Positions 54,492 to 64,000 of a stretch of DNA of 64,000 nucleotides are shown one piece after another. This DNA is from Pirellulales bacterium (GTDB lineage Bacteria > Planctomycetota > Planctomycetia > Pirellulales > UBA1268): the NCBI GenBank assembly GCA_044236455.1, contig JBIIGJ010000001.1, forward strand, positions 19,888-83,887. Reading direction: 5' to 3'. The notes beneath the pieces are model-generated. The model did no database searches, was not told the origin of the DNA, and saw nothing but the letters and a program-made list of their open reading frames with translations. Made by a program: the position numbers and the translations under genes. Within the stretch, counting starts at the first letter, position 1. Each line of letters opens with the position of its first letter.

Positions 54492-55553
54492 ATGATCGTT
54501 TTTTTCCCCACCTACGCGCGACGTCTTCCCGGCGAAAGGCGGTGGCGGGCCACCGTTGCCGGCATGATCTCACGGCCGTTGCCCCCGAAGAGCCACCGCC
54601 GCATCCTGGCTATCGGCGTGCTCAAGCGGTTGCTGGAACTCGACGAGGCACAACTGCAGTCGGAGGTGTTTCAGCGGCGGGCAGACGCCTTCCTGTTTCA
54701 GCGGGTGGCGGGTGAGCGGGTGAGGATCATGCTGGGCGATCGGCAGATCGACGCGGGGCAGTCCGACCGGGTCGGTCATTTCCAGCGATCGATCGAACTG
54801 GATGAGGCGGATATCGATGCCCTCGCCATGCGGACCGGCTCCACCACGACTGGCGGCGACTGCCGGTGGCTCTCCTACGAGGCAGCGATCGCTGCCGACG
54901 ACAATCGCAGCGACGGCCTGCCGGGGCCGGCCGTGTCGGCACCGGGCCGGATCCAGGTGATTGATGACGAGGGAATGTCGGTGATCTCCGACATCGACGA
55001 CACCGTGAAAGTGACCAATGTCGCCAGCCGGCGGGAACTCCTCGCCAACACCCTGTTGCGCGAGTTTTACGCCGTGCCGGGCATGGCGGAGGTCTACCAA
55101 GGCTGGCAGGAGGCGGGGACCGCCTTTCATTACGTGTCGGCGAGTCCGTGGCAACTGGCCAACTGCCTGAGTGGATTCCTCCGCGACGCCGGGCTCCCCT
55201 CGGGCTCGATGCACCTCAAACTGTTCCGACTCAAGGACTCCACGCCGCTGCGTCGGCTGCCTTCCCGCAAGCGATCGAAGCGGCGGACCATCGAAGAGAT
55301 CATGGCGGATTTTCCTCGGCGGAAGTTTCTACTCGTGGGCGATTCGGGAGAACGCGACCCGGAGGTCTACGCCGAAGTTGCCCGCCGGCATCCCGACCGC
55401 GTGGCTGGCGTCGCCATCCGGCAGGTGGAGGGCAAGACGTCGCGGGAGAAGGTTCGGTCGCGGCTCGATCGGCTGGCCCGGCGGGTGCCCGGTGGCCGCT
55501 GGCACGTGTTCACCGAGCCGGCGGAACTGGCCGCAATCGTTCCCATCGGGTAG
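54492..55553 (+). CDS. App1-family phosphatidate phosphatase-like protein (DUF2183)
   Basis: 'SVISDIDDTVKVT' (DxDxT), 'YVSASPWQL' and 'LVGDSGERDPEVY' are App1/DUF2183 motifs. Confidence 0.8.
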   Translation: MIVFFPTYARRLPGERRWRATVAGMISRPLPPKSHRRILAIGVLKRLLELDEAQLQSEVFQRRADAFLFQRVAGERVRIMLGDRQIDAGQSDRVGHFQRSIELDEADIDALAMRTGSTTTGGDCRWLSYEAAIAADDNRSDGLPGPAVSAPGRIQVIDDEGMSVISDIDDTVKVTNVASRRELLANTLLREFYAVPGMAEVYQGWQEAGTAFHYVSASPWQLANCLSGFLRDAGLPSGSMHLKLFRLKDSTPLRRLPSRKRSKRRTIEEIMADFPRRKFLLVGDSGERDPEVYAEVARRHPDRVAGVAIRQVEGKTSREKVRSRLDRLARRVPGGRWHVFTEPAELAAIVPIG

Positions 55554-55703
55554 CCGGCCGTGGAGACAGCCACCCACGGCCTTTTTCCACGCAATGTCGG
55601 CAAAAAGCCTGCGGTTCAGCCTTGGTCGGCGCCGGGCGTTCTGCTAGCGTCCCGGCCCCCTTGCGCCGGAAAAGGTGTGTGGGAACCCCGGGGTGAAACG
55701 CCC

Positions 55704-56549
55704 ATGCAGACCCAAGCCTTGTCAGCCAGAGCCCTGAACAAGAGGCCGCGGATATCCCTGCTCGTGTCGCTGGCGATTGCCTGTGGCGGGGCATGGGCGT
55801 CTGCCGCCGACGACGGTGGATTTCGCGTGGAGAGCGAGGTCTTTGCCAACGGCGGTGAAGAGCCGGTGACGCGGAGCCTGACGCTGTTTCGCGATGGGGT
55901 CGCCTGGGACTTTCTCGAGCCTCCGGCGGTCAAACGCGGTGAGACGGCCGCCGGCGAGATTGTGCTCCACGATCCGGCCCGTGAACGGGTCGTGCTCATC
56001 GATCCGGTGCGAAACCTCAAGACGCAAATCGACGCGATCAGGCTGGAGCGGTTGAGCGTGTCGCTCGCGGCGTGGGCGAGAAAATCGGATGACCGTCTGG
56101 TGCGGTGGGCCGGCGGCCCCGACTTTGGCGAGGGGATGACGGAAGCGGACGATCGGATCGAACTGGTGGGCCCTCGTGTCCGCTACGCGATCGAGTTTGC
56201 CGCACCGCCGACGGAGGAGACGGCGGGCATCTATCGGCGGTTTGCCGACACGGCGATCCTGCTGAAGGCACTCGTGCGTCCCGGTGGTCTGCCGCCGTTT
56301 CCACGGCTGGCCATCAACCGTCGCGTGGCGGCAGCGGGCGGCATTCCCACGGTGGTGTCGCTCGAGATCGACTCCCGCGCAGCCATGGTGACCGGCCGGT
56401 CCGACAGCCTGCGATGCGTGCACAAGTTTCATCCACGATTGCTCGCGGGCGATCTGTCCCGCCTCGAGGAGGCGGAGAGCCGCGTGGCCGTGGCCACTCC
56501 AGTGGAACTCGCCGAGTTTGTGGCGGTGCCGCCGCAGGCCGACGAGTAA
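55704..56549 (+). CDS. secreted hypothetical protein
   Basis: Signal peptide 'ISLLVSLAIACGGAWASA' after ATG 55704. No recognised domain. Confidence 0.55.
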   Translation: MQTQALSARALNKRPRISLLVSLAIACGGAWASAADDGGFRVESEVFANGGEEPVTRSLTLFRDGVAWDFLEPPAVKRGETAAGEIVLHDPARERVVLIDPVRNLKTQIDAIRLERLSVSLAAWARKSDDRLVRWAGGPDFGEGMTEADDRIELVGPRVRYAIEFAAPPTEETAGIYRRFADTAILLKALVRPGGLPPFPRLAINRRVAAAGGIPTVVSLEIDSRAAMVTGRSDSLRCVHKFHPRLLAGDLSRLEEAESRVAVATPVELAEFVAVPPQADE

Positions 56550-56790
56550 GCCGCGCCGGTTCTTGAATCAGCTTTTGCCGGCTGCGGAACCGCTTCACCG
56601 CGACCAGGCCGCACCACAGTCTGGCGCCGCACAATGCGTCCAGTCGGTGCTCTGGAGCGCACGGCCAAGAAAGTCTGCCTGACCGGACGATGTTTCCTCT
56701 GTCGCAAGGTTCGCCAGTTCGTCTCTGCTTCGGCAGTCGCTACGGTCAGTCAGGAGGCCGTGCCGCAGCGGATCGCGGGCAGAACCAAGG

Positions 56791-56820
56791 TTGACATTTG
56801 TATAGCATATCCAGTAGATT
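56791..56820 (+). promoter_or_regulatory. candidate sigma70-type promoter for csrA in a locally AT-rich patch
   Basis: TTGACA (56791-56796), 18-nt spacer, TAGATT (56815-56820), 36 nt before the csrA ATG. Confidence 0.35.
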
Positions 56821-56855
56821 CATTCCCACACATCCATTTGGAACGGAGGCCCTCG

Positions 56856-57077
56856 ATGTTGGTGCTGTCCCGCAAGCAGAACGAACGCATTCGGGTTGGG
56901 GATTCGGTGGTGGTCACGGTCGTCCGAGTCAGCGGCGACAAAGTACGGATCGGGATCGAGGCGCCGCCGCATGTGCGGGTGCTGAGGGAGGAACTGGATG
57001 ACGACGTGGTCGGAGAGGTGACGTTGGAAGCTTCGGCGGAACTGCCGATCCCCCGTTTATTGGGCCTGACGGGCTAG
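56856..57077 (+). CDS. csrA: carbon storage regulator CsrA
   Basis: 'MLVLSRKQNERIRVGDSVVVTVVRVSGDKVRIGIEAPPHVRVLREEL' is the canonical CsrA fold sequence. GGAGG SD at 56845-56849. Confidence 0.92.
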   Translation: MLVLSRKQNERIRVGDSVVVTVVRVSGDKVRIGIEAPPHVRVLREELDDDVVGEVTLEASAELPIPRLLGLTG

Positions 57078-57151
57078 CACTGTTTTCAAAACCGCGGCGC
57101 AACTTTTAAAACCGCGGTCCAGCGGTTCAAATCTGCGGAGCAGGGTGTCCG

Positions 57152-57958
57152 GTGCCTCTGCCCGCAGGGTGTGGAAACGCGGTTCAGCATGTGTGGCCTA
57201 CTGTCGTGAAGCAATCATCGTGGCGGCAACTGCGCAGAACCGTCCTGGGCTGTCTCGGCGGCTTGGTGCTGGTCCTGGTGGTGGTGGCGGTGCTGTTGAA
57301 ATACGAGCCGGGCTTCTATGGGCAACTCTTGATTCCCGTTGGCGATCCTGCCGGCGGGACCACAAGAGATGGCGAGGCCCAGGTACGGGATGTCGAGGCC
57401 CTGGCACGGCGGGCGGTGACGAAGGCCTCGGCGTGGCACGCCGCGATCTCCCGGACCGGAAGCTGGGAAACGGCGGTGACCGCCGACGAACTGAACGCCT
57501 GGCTGGCCGTTGACCTGCCACGCAACCACTCCCGCTGGTTACCGCGAGGCGTCTCCAAGCCACGGCTGCTGTTCCGGCCGAGGCATGTCGTGCTGGGCAC
57601 GCGGGTGGGCTATGGACCGCTGACGGCTGTGGCCTGGCTCGACTTCGAAGTCTCGCTGCGGGACGTCAATCATCTGGCGATCGTGTTGGAACAGGCGAGG
57701 CTGGGGGCGATTCCCCTGCCGCGGGCACCGATCCTGCGGGAGTTGTCTCGCCGGATCAGCAAGCTGGGGATGGTGACCGATCTGCGGAGGCTCGACGGTC
57801 GGATGGTGCTCATGGTCTATATACCGTCGACGCACGATGCCGGAGCCACGAGCTACTGGCTGGAGTCGCTGGCGCTTGGCGACGGTGAATTGCTCATGGC
57901 GGGCGAAACACGCTCGTCCGTTGAGATCCTCAAGCGTCCGGAACCACCTTCGTCGTAA
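57152..57958 (+). CDS. single-pass membrane protein, unknown function
   Basis: TM helix 'VLGCLGGLVLVLVVVAVLL', then a roughly 220-aa extracytoplasmic domain. No recognised motif. Confidence 0.55.
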   Translation: MPLPAGCGNAVQHVWPTVVKQSSWRQLRRTVLGCLGGLVLVLVVVAVLLKYEPGFYGQLLIPVGDPAGGTTRDGEAQVRDVEALARRAVTKASAWHAAISRTGSWETAVTADELNAWLAVDLPRNHSRWLPRGVSKPRLLFRPRHVVLGTRVGYGPLTAVAWLDFEVSLRDVNHLAIVLEQARLGAIPLPRAPILRELSRRISKLGMVTDLRRLDGRMVLMVYIPSTHDAGATSYWLESLALGDGELLMAGETRSSVEILKRPEPPSS

Positions 57959-58049
57959 CAGACCATGGACAACCTGATGCCTCGCCGGCGGTTTTCGTGC
58001 CTCAGCGGTCGATGATCCCACGCCCCGATCACCACGAGGAGAATCCCCT

Positions 58050-59468
58050 ATGGCACCACCGACAACTTCCTCCCGCGCGGGAGCCAGCATCACCTTTCTC
58101 GGCGCGGCGGGCATGGTGTCGGGTTCGCGGCACCTGCTGGAGGTCGGCGGCTCGCGGGTGCTGTTCGATTGCGGCCTGTTTCAAGGGGAGAGGCACCTGC
58201 GGGAGAAGAACTGGGAACGCTTTCCCGTGCCGGCCGACTCGATCGACGCGGTCGTGCTCACGCACGGTCACATCGACCATTCGGGCTGGCTGCCGCGGCT
58301 GTCGCGGGAGGGCTTCAAGGGGCCCATCCTCACCTCCCCGGCCACGGCCGACCTGCTTGGCCTCCTCCTCTACGATTCTGCCAAGTGCCAGGATGAAGAT
58401 GCGGTCTACGCCAACCGCAAGGGCTTTTCGAAGCACCGTCCGGCTCTGCCGCTCTATGATGAACGCGATGTCGATCGGGCGCTGAGGCTGGTCAAGGCGG
58501 TGTCCCGCGACACGTGGTTTGAGCCGGCACCGGGCATCCGGTGTCGCTTTCACGATGCCGGCCACATGCTTGGCAGTTCGTTCGTCGAAGTGGAGGTGGC
58601 CACGGCGGGCGGCCTGCGGAGGCTGGTCTTCTCCGGAGACGTCGGCCGCTATAACGCGCCGCTCTACCACGATCCCGTGCCTGCTCCCGCCTGCGATTTC
58701 CTCGTCTGCGAAAGCACCTACGGCGACCGCGACCATCCTGCCAGCCGACCGCTCGACGAACTGGAGGCGGTGACGAAGGAGTCGTTGGCCCGCGGGGGCA
58801 TGATGCTCGTGGCGTCGTTTGCGATCGGTCGCTGTCAGCAGCTTGTCTATCTGCTCCGCACGCTGATGGCCGCCGGTCGGCTGCCCGAGGTGCCCGTCTG
58901 GATCGATTCGCCGATGGCGGTCGATGCGACGGAGGTATTTCGCCGGTACGTGGCCGAACACGATTTCAGCGAGGCGAGGATGGCCGGCGTGTCTGAAGCA
59001 CTCGCCTCGCCGTTCGTGAGAATGGCGAAGACGGCTGCCGAGTCGAAGGCGATCAACGCCCACGACGGGCCGGGGATCGTGATCGCCTCCAGCGGCATGA
59101 TGAACGGGGGCCGCATCCTCCACCATCTTGCCCAGCGTCTGCCCGACCCCAAGACGACGGTCCTGGTGGCAGGCTTCCAGGCGATCGGCACACGGGGCCG
59201 GTCGCTCATCGACGGGGCCAAATACCTCCGCATCCACGGTCGCGACATTCCGGTCAAGGCAGCCGTGCGGCGGGTGGACGCCCTCTCGGGCCACGCCGAC
59301 CGTCACGAGATCGGCCGCTGGCTCTCCGGCATGCCCGCGCCCCGCAAAACCTTCCTCGTGCATGGCGAACCGCCGGCCGCCCGCGGCATGGCCGATTTCC
59401 TGCGGGAATCTCGTGGCTGGGACGTGGAGATCCCCACTGTGGGAACCATCGCGTCGCTGGATTCCTGA
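58050..59468 (+). CDS. MBL-fold beta-CASP family hydrolase (RNA-metabolising type)
   Basis: 'VVLTHGHIDHSGWLP' (HxHxDH), 'CESTYG' and 'LSGHAD' (beta-CASP motif C region). Confidence 0.85.
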   Translation: MAPPTTSSRAGASITFLGAAGMVSGSRHLLEVGGSRVLFDCGLFQGERHLREKNWERFPVPADSIDAVVLTHGHIDHSGWLPRLSREGFKGPILTSPATADLLGLLLYDSAKCQDEDAVYANRKGFSKHRPALPLYDERDVDRALRLVKAVSRDTWFEPAPGIRCRFHDAGHMLGSSFVEVEVATAGGLRRLVFSGDVGRYNAPLYHDPVPAPACDFLVCESTYGDRDHPASRPLDELEAVTKESLARGGMMLVASFAIGRCQQLVYLLRTLMAAGRLPEVPVWIDSPMAVDATEVFRRYVAEHDFSEARMAGVSEALASPFVRMAKTAAESKAINAHDGPGIVIASSGMMNGGRILHHLAQRLPDPKTTVLVAGFQAIGTRGRSLIDGAKYLRIHGRDIPVKAAVRRVDALSGHADRHEIGRWLSGMPAPRKTFLVHGEPPAARGMADFLRESRGWDVEIPTVGTIASLDS

Positions 59469-59519
59469 ACCGTTTCAACGACAATCGACCACACACCGAC
59501 CGACGGCAGGGAGATCGCC

Positions 59520-60566
59520 ATGGCCAAGACGCCCAAGACACAGACGCCCAAGATGCAATCACCCGCCGCAGGAGCAGTCGCCCCTGGGGCCGTCACGGTT
59601 GGCTCCGTCACCTCACGGCCGAAGGCCTGCAGCATCCTGCCCGACACCACGCTCGGTGACGACGTGGCCCTGGTCGCCGAAAACATGGAGGCGATCCTCT
59701 CCTCTCCCAGCTACAGCCTGGCGCAGGATGACCGCAAGCTGCTCGACAGGTCCGAAATGCGCGGTGTGCGGATGCTGCTCGAACTCGGCAAGCCGGAACT
59801 GGCTTTTCAGGCCGATAGCATCACCTCCACGGTGATCGTGTTCGGCGGGACGCAGATCGTGGAACGGCCCGCGGCGGAGCGGCGGCTGTCGGAGGCCCGC
59901 CGCGCCATGGCGAGGGCGCAGACTGTGGCCGGCGTCCCGGCGTCGGGCTTGGCTTCGGCCGCCGTCCCGGCGTCGGCCATGGAGAGCTTCGCCCGTGAGC
60001 TCAAGCGGGCCGAACAGCTCCTCGGCTACTGCCACTACTACGATGCGGCCCGCGAGTTTGCCCGGCTCGTGTCGATCGACAACCAGTGCGACGACAAGCG
60101 TGACTACGTGATCATCACCGGCGGTGGGCCGGGCATCATGGAAGCCGCCAATCGAGGGGCGTTTGACGTCGGGTGCAAGTCGATCGGCCTCAACATCAAG
60201 CTGCCCAGCGAGCAGCAGCCCAATCCGTTCATCACGCCGGAACTCTGCTTTCAATTCAAGTATTTTGCCCTGCGCAAGTTTCATTTCATCCTGCGGGCCG
60301 CCGCCGTCGTGCTCTTCCCGGGCGGCTTTGGCACGCTCGACGAGATGTTCGAGACGCTCACGCTGCGGCAGACCCACCGCATGCAGCCGGTGCCGATCAT
60401 CCTGTTCGGCCGCGACTACTGGTCGCAGGTGATCAACTTCCAGTTCCTCGCCGACAGTGGCGTGATCTCGGACGAGCATCTCAAGCTCTTCACCTACGCC
60501 GAAACCCCTGAGGAGGCCTGGCAGCAGATCCTCGACTTCCACCAGACGATGAAGACGCAGGACTAG
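59520..60566 (+). CDS. LOG-family (TIGR00730) nucleotide 5'-monophosphate nucleosidase-like protein with N-terminal extension
   Basis: 'GGGPGIMEAANRGA' and 'PGGFGTLDEMFE' are LOG motifs. Confidence 0.85.
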   Translation: MAKTPKTQTPKMQSPAAGAVAPGAVTVGSVTSRPKACSILPDTTLGDDVALVAENMEAILSSPSYSLAQDDRKLLDRSEMRGVRMLLELGKPELAFQADSITSTVIVFGGTQIVERPAAERRLSEARRAMARAQTVAGVPASGLASAAVPASAMESFARELKRAEQLLGYCHYYDAAREFARLVSIDNQCDDKRDYVIITGGGPGIMEAANRGAFDVGCKSIGLNIKLPSEQQPNPFITPELCFQFKYFALRKFHFILRAAAVVLFPGGFGTLDEMFETLTLRQTHRMQPVPIILFGRDYWSQVINFQFLADSGVISDEHLKLFTYAETPEEAWQQILDFHQTMKTQD

Positions 60567-60637
60567 GCGAAGAAGAACCCAACCTGAAGATCAGGGCTGA
60601 CCGGCCGCCGCCCCGCTCCGCTTCCGGGAGACGTACC

Positions 60638-61357
60638 ATGCACGAACCACTTGCCTTCATCCCCGGAGCCGTGGCACAGACGGGCCGCGTGGCGCTGGTC
60701 ACCGGCGGTGAGCGAGGCGTGGGAGCAGCGGTTGTGCGGGCATTGGCCTCGCGCGGCTATGCCGTGGCGATCCACGCCCACGGCGCGCTGCAGGAGGCCC
60801 GCGCTCTGGCGGACCAGCTCGCCGCGGCCGGCGTGCCGAGTCTGGCCGTCACGGCAAACCTCCGCGACGAGGGGCCAGTGCGGGCCATGGTGCAACGCGT
60901 GGCCGACCACTTCGGCCGCATCGATGCGCTCGTCTCCTGCGCCGCGATCCGGCACGGCGGTCCTCTGGAGGAGGTAACAGCCGACGACCTGCGGACCCAC
61001 TTCGACATCAACTGCGTCGGCACGTTCGTGGCGGCGCAGGAGGCGGGGGCGTTTATGGTTCGGCAGCCCGAGGGCGGCGGCATTGTCACGATGGCCGACT
61101 CGGCGCTCGCACGCCCGACAGCTGGCTTGGCCGCCTTCTTCTCGAGCCAGGGGGCGATCCCTGCCATGACGCGGAGCCTGGCTGTCGACTATGCCGCCCG
61201 CAACCCGCGCGTGCGGGTCAACTGTGTGCTGGCCGGCACGCCGGTGCATCGCGAGGGCACTCCCGAGCACGTGGCCCACGCAGTGCTGTTTCTCCTCGAG
61301 AACGATCTCATCACCGGCGTCTGTCTGCCGGTCGACGGCGGCTGCACGACCCTGTGA
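60638..61357 (+). CDS. SDR-family oxidoreductase
   Basis: 'ALVTGGERGVGAAV' (TGxxxGxG) and 239 aa length. The catalytic region is atypical ('FFSSQGAIPAMTRS'). Confidence 0.8.
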   Translation: MHEPLAFIPGAVAQTGRVALVTGGERGVGAAVVRALASRGYAVAIHAHGALQEARALADQLAAAGVPSLAVTANLRDEGPVRAMVQRVADHFGRIDALVSCAAIRHGGPLEEVTADDLRTHFDINCVGTFVAAQEAGAFMVRQPEGGGIVTMADSALARPTAGLAAFFSSQGAIPAMTRSLAVDYAARNPRVRVNCVLAGTPVHREGTPEHVAHAVLFLLENDLITGVCLPVDGGCTTL

Positions 61358-61358
61358 T

Positions 61359-63143
61359 TCACGGCAGGCGGATCGTGAACGTGCTGCCCACGCCCGGCTC
61401 GCTCTCCACCGCCACCGTGCCACCATGGGCCTGCACGATGTGCTTGACGATCGACAGGCCCAGCCCGGTGCCGCCGAGTTTCCGGCTGCGCGCCTTGTCG
61501 ACGCGGTAAAACCGTTCAAAGAGCCGCGGCAGGTGCTCGGCTTCGATGCCGCAGCCCTCGTCGCGGACGGTGATCTGAACCGTCGACTCGTCGGCCGTCG
61601 CCCTCGCATCGACGGAGACCCCGATCCAGACCGTGCGGCCCGGATCGCTGTATTTGATGGCGTTGTCGACCAGGTTGATCAGAGCCTGCTCCAAAAGCGG
61701 CGCATTGACCTCCGCCTCGATGCTCTCGTCGCAGGTGACGTCGAGCCGGATGTTGCGATCTTCGGCCCGAGGCAGGCAGTCGACGGTCACGGCGGAGAGC
61801 AGATTGGCGAACGACACGGTTTCCCGTGGCAGGTTGCCCGTGCCTTCACTCTGCTCGATGCGTGAGAGGGCGAGCAGATCCTCGATGATCGACGCCAGCC
61901 TGTCAGCCTGCCTGGCGATGATGTCAAGAAACCGTCGTGTGTCGGCCGGATCGTCCCCCGCCCCGTCGAGGAGCGTCTCCACGAATCCCTTGATCGACGC
62001 GATTGGGGTCTTCAGTTCGTGCGACACGTTGGCCACGAAGTCGCGTCGGACGTTCTCCAGCCGCTGCATGGCGGTGACGTCGTTCAGAACGATCACCGCG
62101 CCGCCGTCACCCGAGAGATCCCGCAGTGCCGTGCCCCGCAGGCGGATCGTGCGGTCGCGGGCGCCGCGGAGCAGCAGATCGTCTTCGACGGGCTCGCGGC
62201 AGTCGATTGCCCGCAGGGCGAATCGCCGCAGGTCGGGGTTGCGGATCACCTCCTGCAGGGCACGACGAATGGCGCGGTCAGGATCAACGCCGAGCAGCTC
62301 CGCCGCGGCTCGGTTGATGCCCACCACCCGCTGCCGGGCGTCGATGGCCAGCACGCCTTCGATCATGCTGCCGAGCACAGCCTCCTGTTGGGTGCCCTGT
62401 CTGCCGATCGTGAGCCCGCGTTCCACGAGCTGCTCCCGCAGTGATGCAATCGCCTCGGCGAGACGGGCGAGCTCGGCCGATTCCGCCGTCGGAATGGGAA
62501 CGCTTGTATCGCCGGCGGCCAGCCGGGCCGCGGCCAGCGACAGATCGGCCACCGGTCGTGCGAGGCGGCTGGCGACCGCACGGCCCGCGGCCAGGGCCGC
62601 GACCGCCCATGCCAGGAAGCCCAGCAGCAGCCACCGCTGTGAGCGCGCCAGGCCGGCGTCGGAGTCGACCGTGTCCGCCGTGACGCGAATGATGCCCGCG
62701 GGCTGGCCGGCAGGCCCCACCGGCGCGGCCACCACGAGGATGCGCTTGCCGGCGGCGGCATCGTAGCGGCTGGTGCGGGCAATCCGTCCGGCGCGGGCCT
62801 CCTCGATGAGCGCGTCGGCGGCGGGAGACCGCTCCCCGACGACGCCGCCCTGCGCGGAGGTCGCCAGCACGGTTCCATCTGGGGCAAGGAGATCCGCGCG
62901 TGCCCGCGTGCCGCCGACCATCCGCCGGGTGGCGTCGGTAAATGTGGCGGGATCGAGCGTGCTTGATCGATCGGGGTAAATGGCGGCCAGCCCCGTCGCC
63001 ACATCGGCGACCCGCTGCAGCTGAGAGTCGTCGGCCAGTCGGGCCAGTTGCACGCTCGCCAGCCAGAAACAGCCGAGGAAGCTCGCTGCGATTAACGCGC
63101 AGAAGCCCGCAAACACGTGCCAGACGAAACGCGAGCGGGCCAT
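61359..63143 (-). CDS. sensor histidine kinase (PhoR-like: TM, periplasmic domain, HAMP/PAS, HisKA, HATPase_c)
   Basis: H-box 'VSHELKTPIASIKGF', N-box 'LINLVDNAIKY' and G-boxes 'VRDEGCGI', 'GGTGLGLSIV'. Start set at ATG 63143; the track start 63221 would overlap the regulator. Confidence 0.85.
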   Translation of the reverse strand: MARSRFVWHVFAGFCALIAASFLGCFWLASVQLARLADDSQLQRVADVATGLAAIYPDRSSTLDPATFTDATRRMVGGTRARADLLAPDGTVLATSAQGGVVGERSPAADALIEEARAGRIARTSRYDAAAGKRILVVAAPVGPAGQPAGIIRVTADTVDSDAGLARSQRWLLLGFLAWAVAALAAGRAVASRLARPVADLSLAAARLAAGDTSVPIPTAESAELARLAEAIASLREQLVERGLTIGRQGTQQEAVLGSMIEGVLAIDARQRVVGINRAAAELLGVDPDRAIRRALQEVIRNPDLRRFALRAIDCREPVEDDLLLRGARDRTIRLRGTALRDLSGDGGAVIVLNDVTAMQRLENVRRDFVANVSHELKTPIASIKGFVETLLDGAGDDPADTRRFLDIIARQADRLASIIEDLLALSRIEQSEGTGNLPRETVSFANLLSAVTVDCLPRAEDRNIRLDVTCDESIEAEVNAPLLEQALINLVDNAIKYSDPGRTVWIGVSVDARATADESTVQITVRDEGCGIEAEHLPRLFERFYRVDKARSRKLGGTGLGLSIVKHIVQAHGGTVAVESEPGVGSTFTIRLP

Positions 63144-63192
63144 GGGAGAAAGACTGCGACGGACTGCGATGGGTGCTGGAGAGAGACGCTCG

Positions 63193-63882
63193 TCACGCCC
63201 GGAACCGGTATCCCACGCCACGGACGGTTTCGATGTAGGAGCCGAAACGACCGAGTTTCTTGCGCAGGCCGGCGACCTGGACGTCCACCGAGCGCTCCGT
63301 CACAGGATAATCCTCTCCCTTCACCGCGTCGACAATCTGCGTTCGCGTGTAGGCCCAGCCGGGACGCTTGGACAGGAATTGCAGCAGGGCGAACTCAGTG
63401 TAGGTCAGCTCGACCGGCTCGCCGGCCAGCGTCACCTCGTGCCGGCCGGGATGGATCGACAGCTCGTGGACGTCGATCGTCGTCTCCAGTTCGGCCTTTG
63501 CGTCAGCCTCCTTGCGCCGCAGCAGCGCCTTGACGCGGGCCGACAGCACCCGCGGACTGAACGGCTTGGCGATGTAATCGTCGGCGCCGCGGTCCAGGCC
63601 CGCCACCATGTCGCCCTCCTCCCCCTTGGCCGACAGCATGATGACCGGAATGTCGCGGGTCTTGGGATCACTCTTGAGCCGGCGGCAGACCTCGAGGCCG
63701 TCCACCGCGGGCAGCATCCAGTCGAGCACGATCAGGTCGGGTGGCTGTTTCCGCGCGGCTTTGAGCGCTTCCTCGCCGGTGCCCACGCACTGCACGCGGT
63801 AACCGTCCTTGGAGAGCTTGTAACTCACCAATTCCAGCAGATCCTCCTCGTCGTCAACCACGAGGATCTGGTGACCGGCCAT
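63193..63882 (-). CDS. OmpR/PhoB-family response regulator
   Basis: Receiver 'ILVVDDEEDL..DLIVLDWMLP', 'MLSAKG', and the winged-helix C-terminus 'LTYTEFALLQFL..VDVQVAGLRKKL..IETVRGVGYRF'. Confidence 0.92.
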   Translation of the reverse strand: MAGHQILVVDDEEDLLELVSYKLSKDGYRVQCVGTGEEALKAARKQPPDLIVLDWMLPAVDGLEVCRRLKSDPKTRDIPVIMLSAKGEEGDMVAGLDRGADDYIAKPFSPRVLSARVKALLRRKEADAKAELETTIDVHELSIHPGRHEVTLAGEPVELTYTEFALLQFLSKRPGWAYTRTQIVDAVKGEDYPVTERSVDVQVAGLRKKLGRFGSYIETVRGVGYRFRA

Positions 63883-64000
63883 CGGTTCGTCCTCTTTTGT
63901 GTTCGGGGGAAGTCGCTGCACGGCAGCACCGCCCCATGTCGTAGTCGAGAGCCATTAGGGTTTCGTGAGTCGCCTCTTTTGGCTCCATTGTCGGCGTGCT

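Overview
The window is a visibly GC-rich chromosomal segment, roughly two-thirds G+C by eye (not computed). It is gene-dense, with about 60 protein genes and one tRNA. I saw no rRNA, CRISPR array, integrase or transposase. The gene content points to a Planctomycetota-like genome: a DUF1559 protein with a prepilin-type N-terminus, an ECF sigma factor paired with a Ser/Thr kinase, type III glutamine synthetase, tandem clpP genes, and N-terminal 'LExLExR' motifs. This taxonomic call is an inference.

Housekeeping blocks:
- ffh-rpsP-trmD-rplS-yraN
- tRNA-Gly-tig-clpP-clpP
- gap, asnB, panB, glnN-rsmG, lnt, pit, csrA

Most interesting locus: a tightly packed nine-gene minus-strand cluster at 34609-43695.
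- It starts with a MacB/FtsX-type ABC ATPase and permease.
- It contains two paralogous secreted proteins whose predicted mature N-terminus is Cys-Pro-Phe-Cys.
- It contains two tandem DUF3299-like proteins with a shared 'CCFG' motif.
- It also carries DUF4239, an orphan Tat-signal UrtA/AmiC-like binding protein, and an AIM24-family protein.
- It lies convergent to an oversized TolC-like gene, and no membrane-fusion protein is present.
- I cannot assign it to a described system.

Other notable items:
- a dispersed hairpin-rich intergenic repeat family
- a structured 442-nt ffh-rpsP spacer
- a TPCP-motif P-type ATPase abutting miaE
- a bacterial LRAT-like protein
- two Cys-rich small lipoproteins
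- a 29-codon highly basic ORF with a strong SD

Many long ORFs in the track are antisense shadow ORFs typical of high-GC DNA and were not called. Several convergent gene pairs overlap at their 3' ends (gmd/lnt, epimerase/DUF900, ATPase/LRAT).
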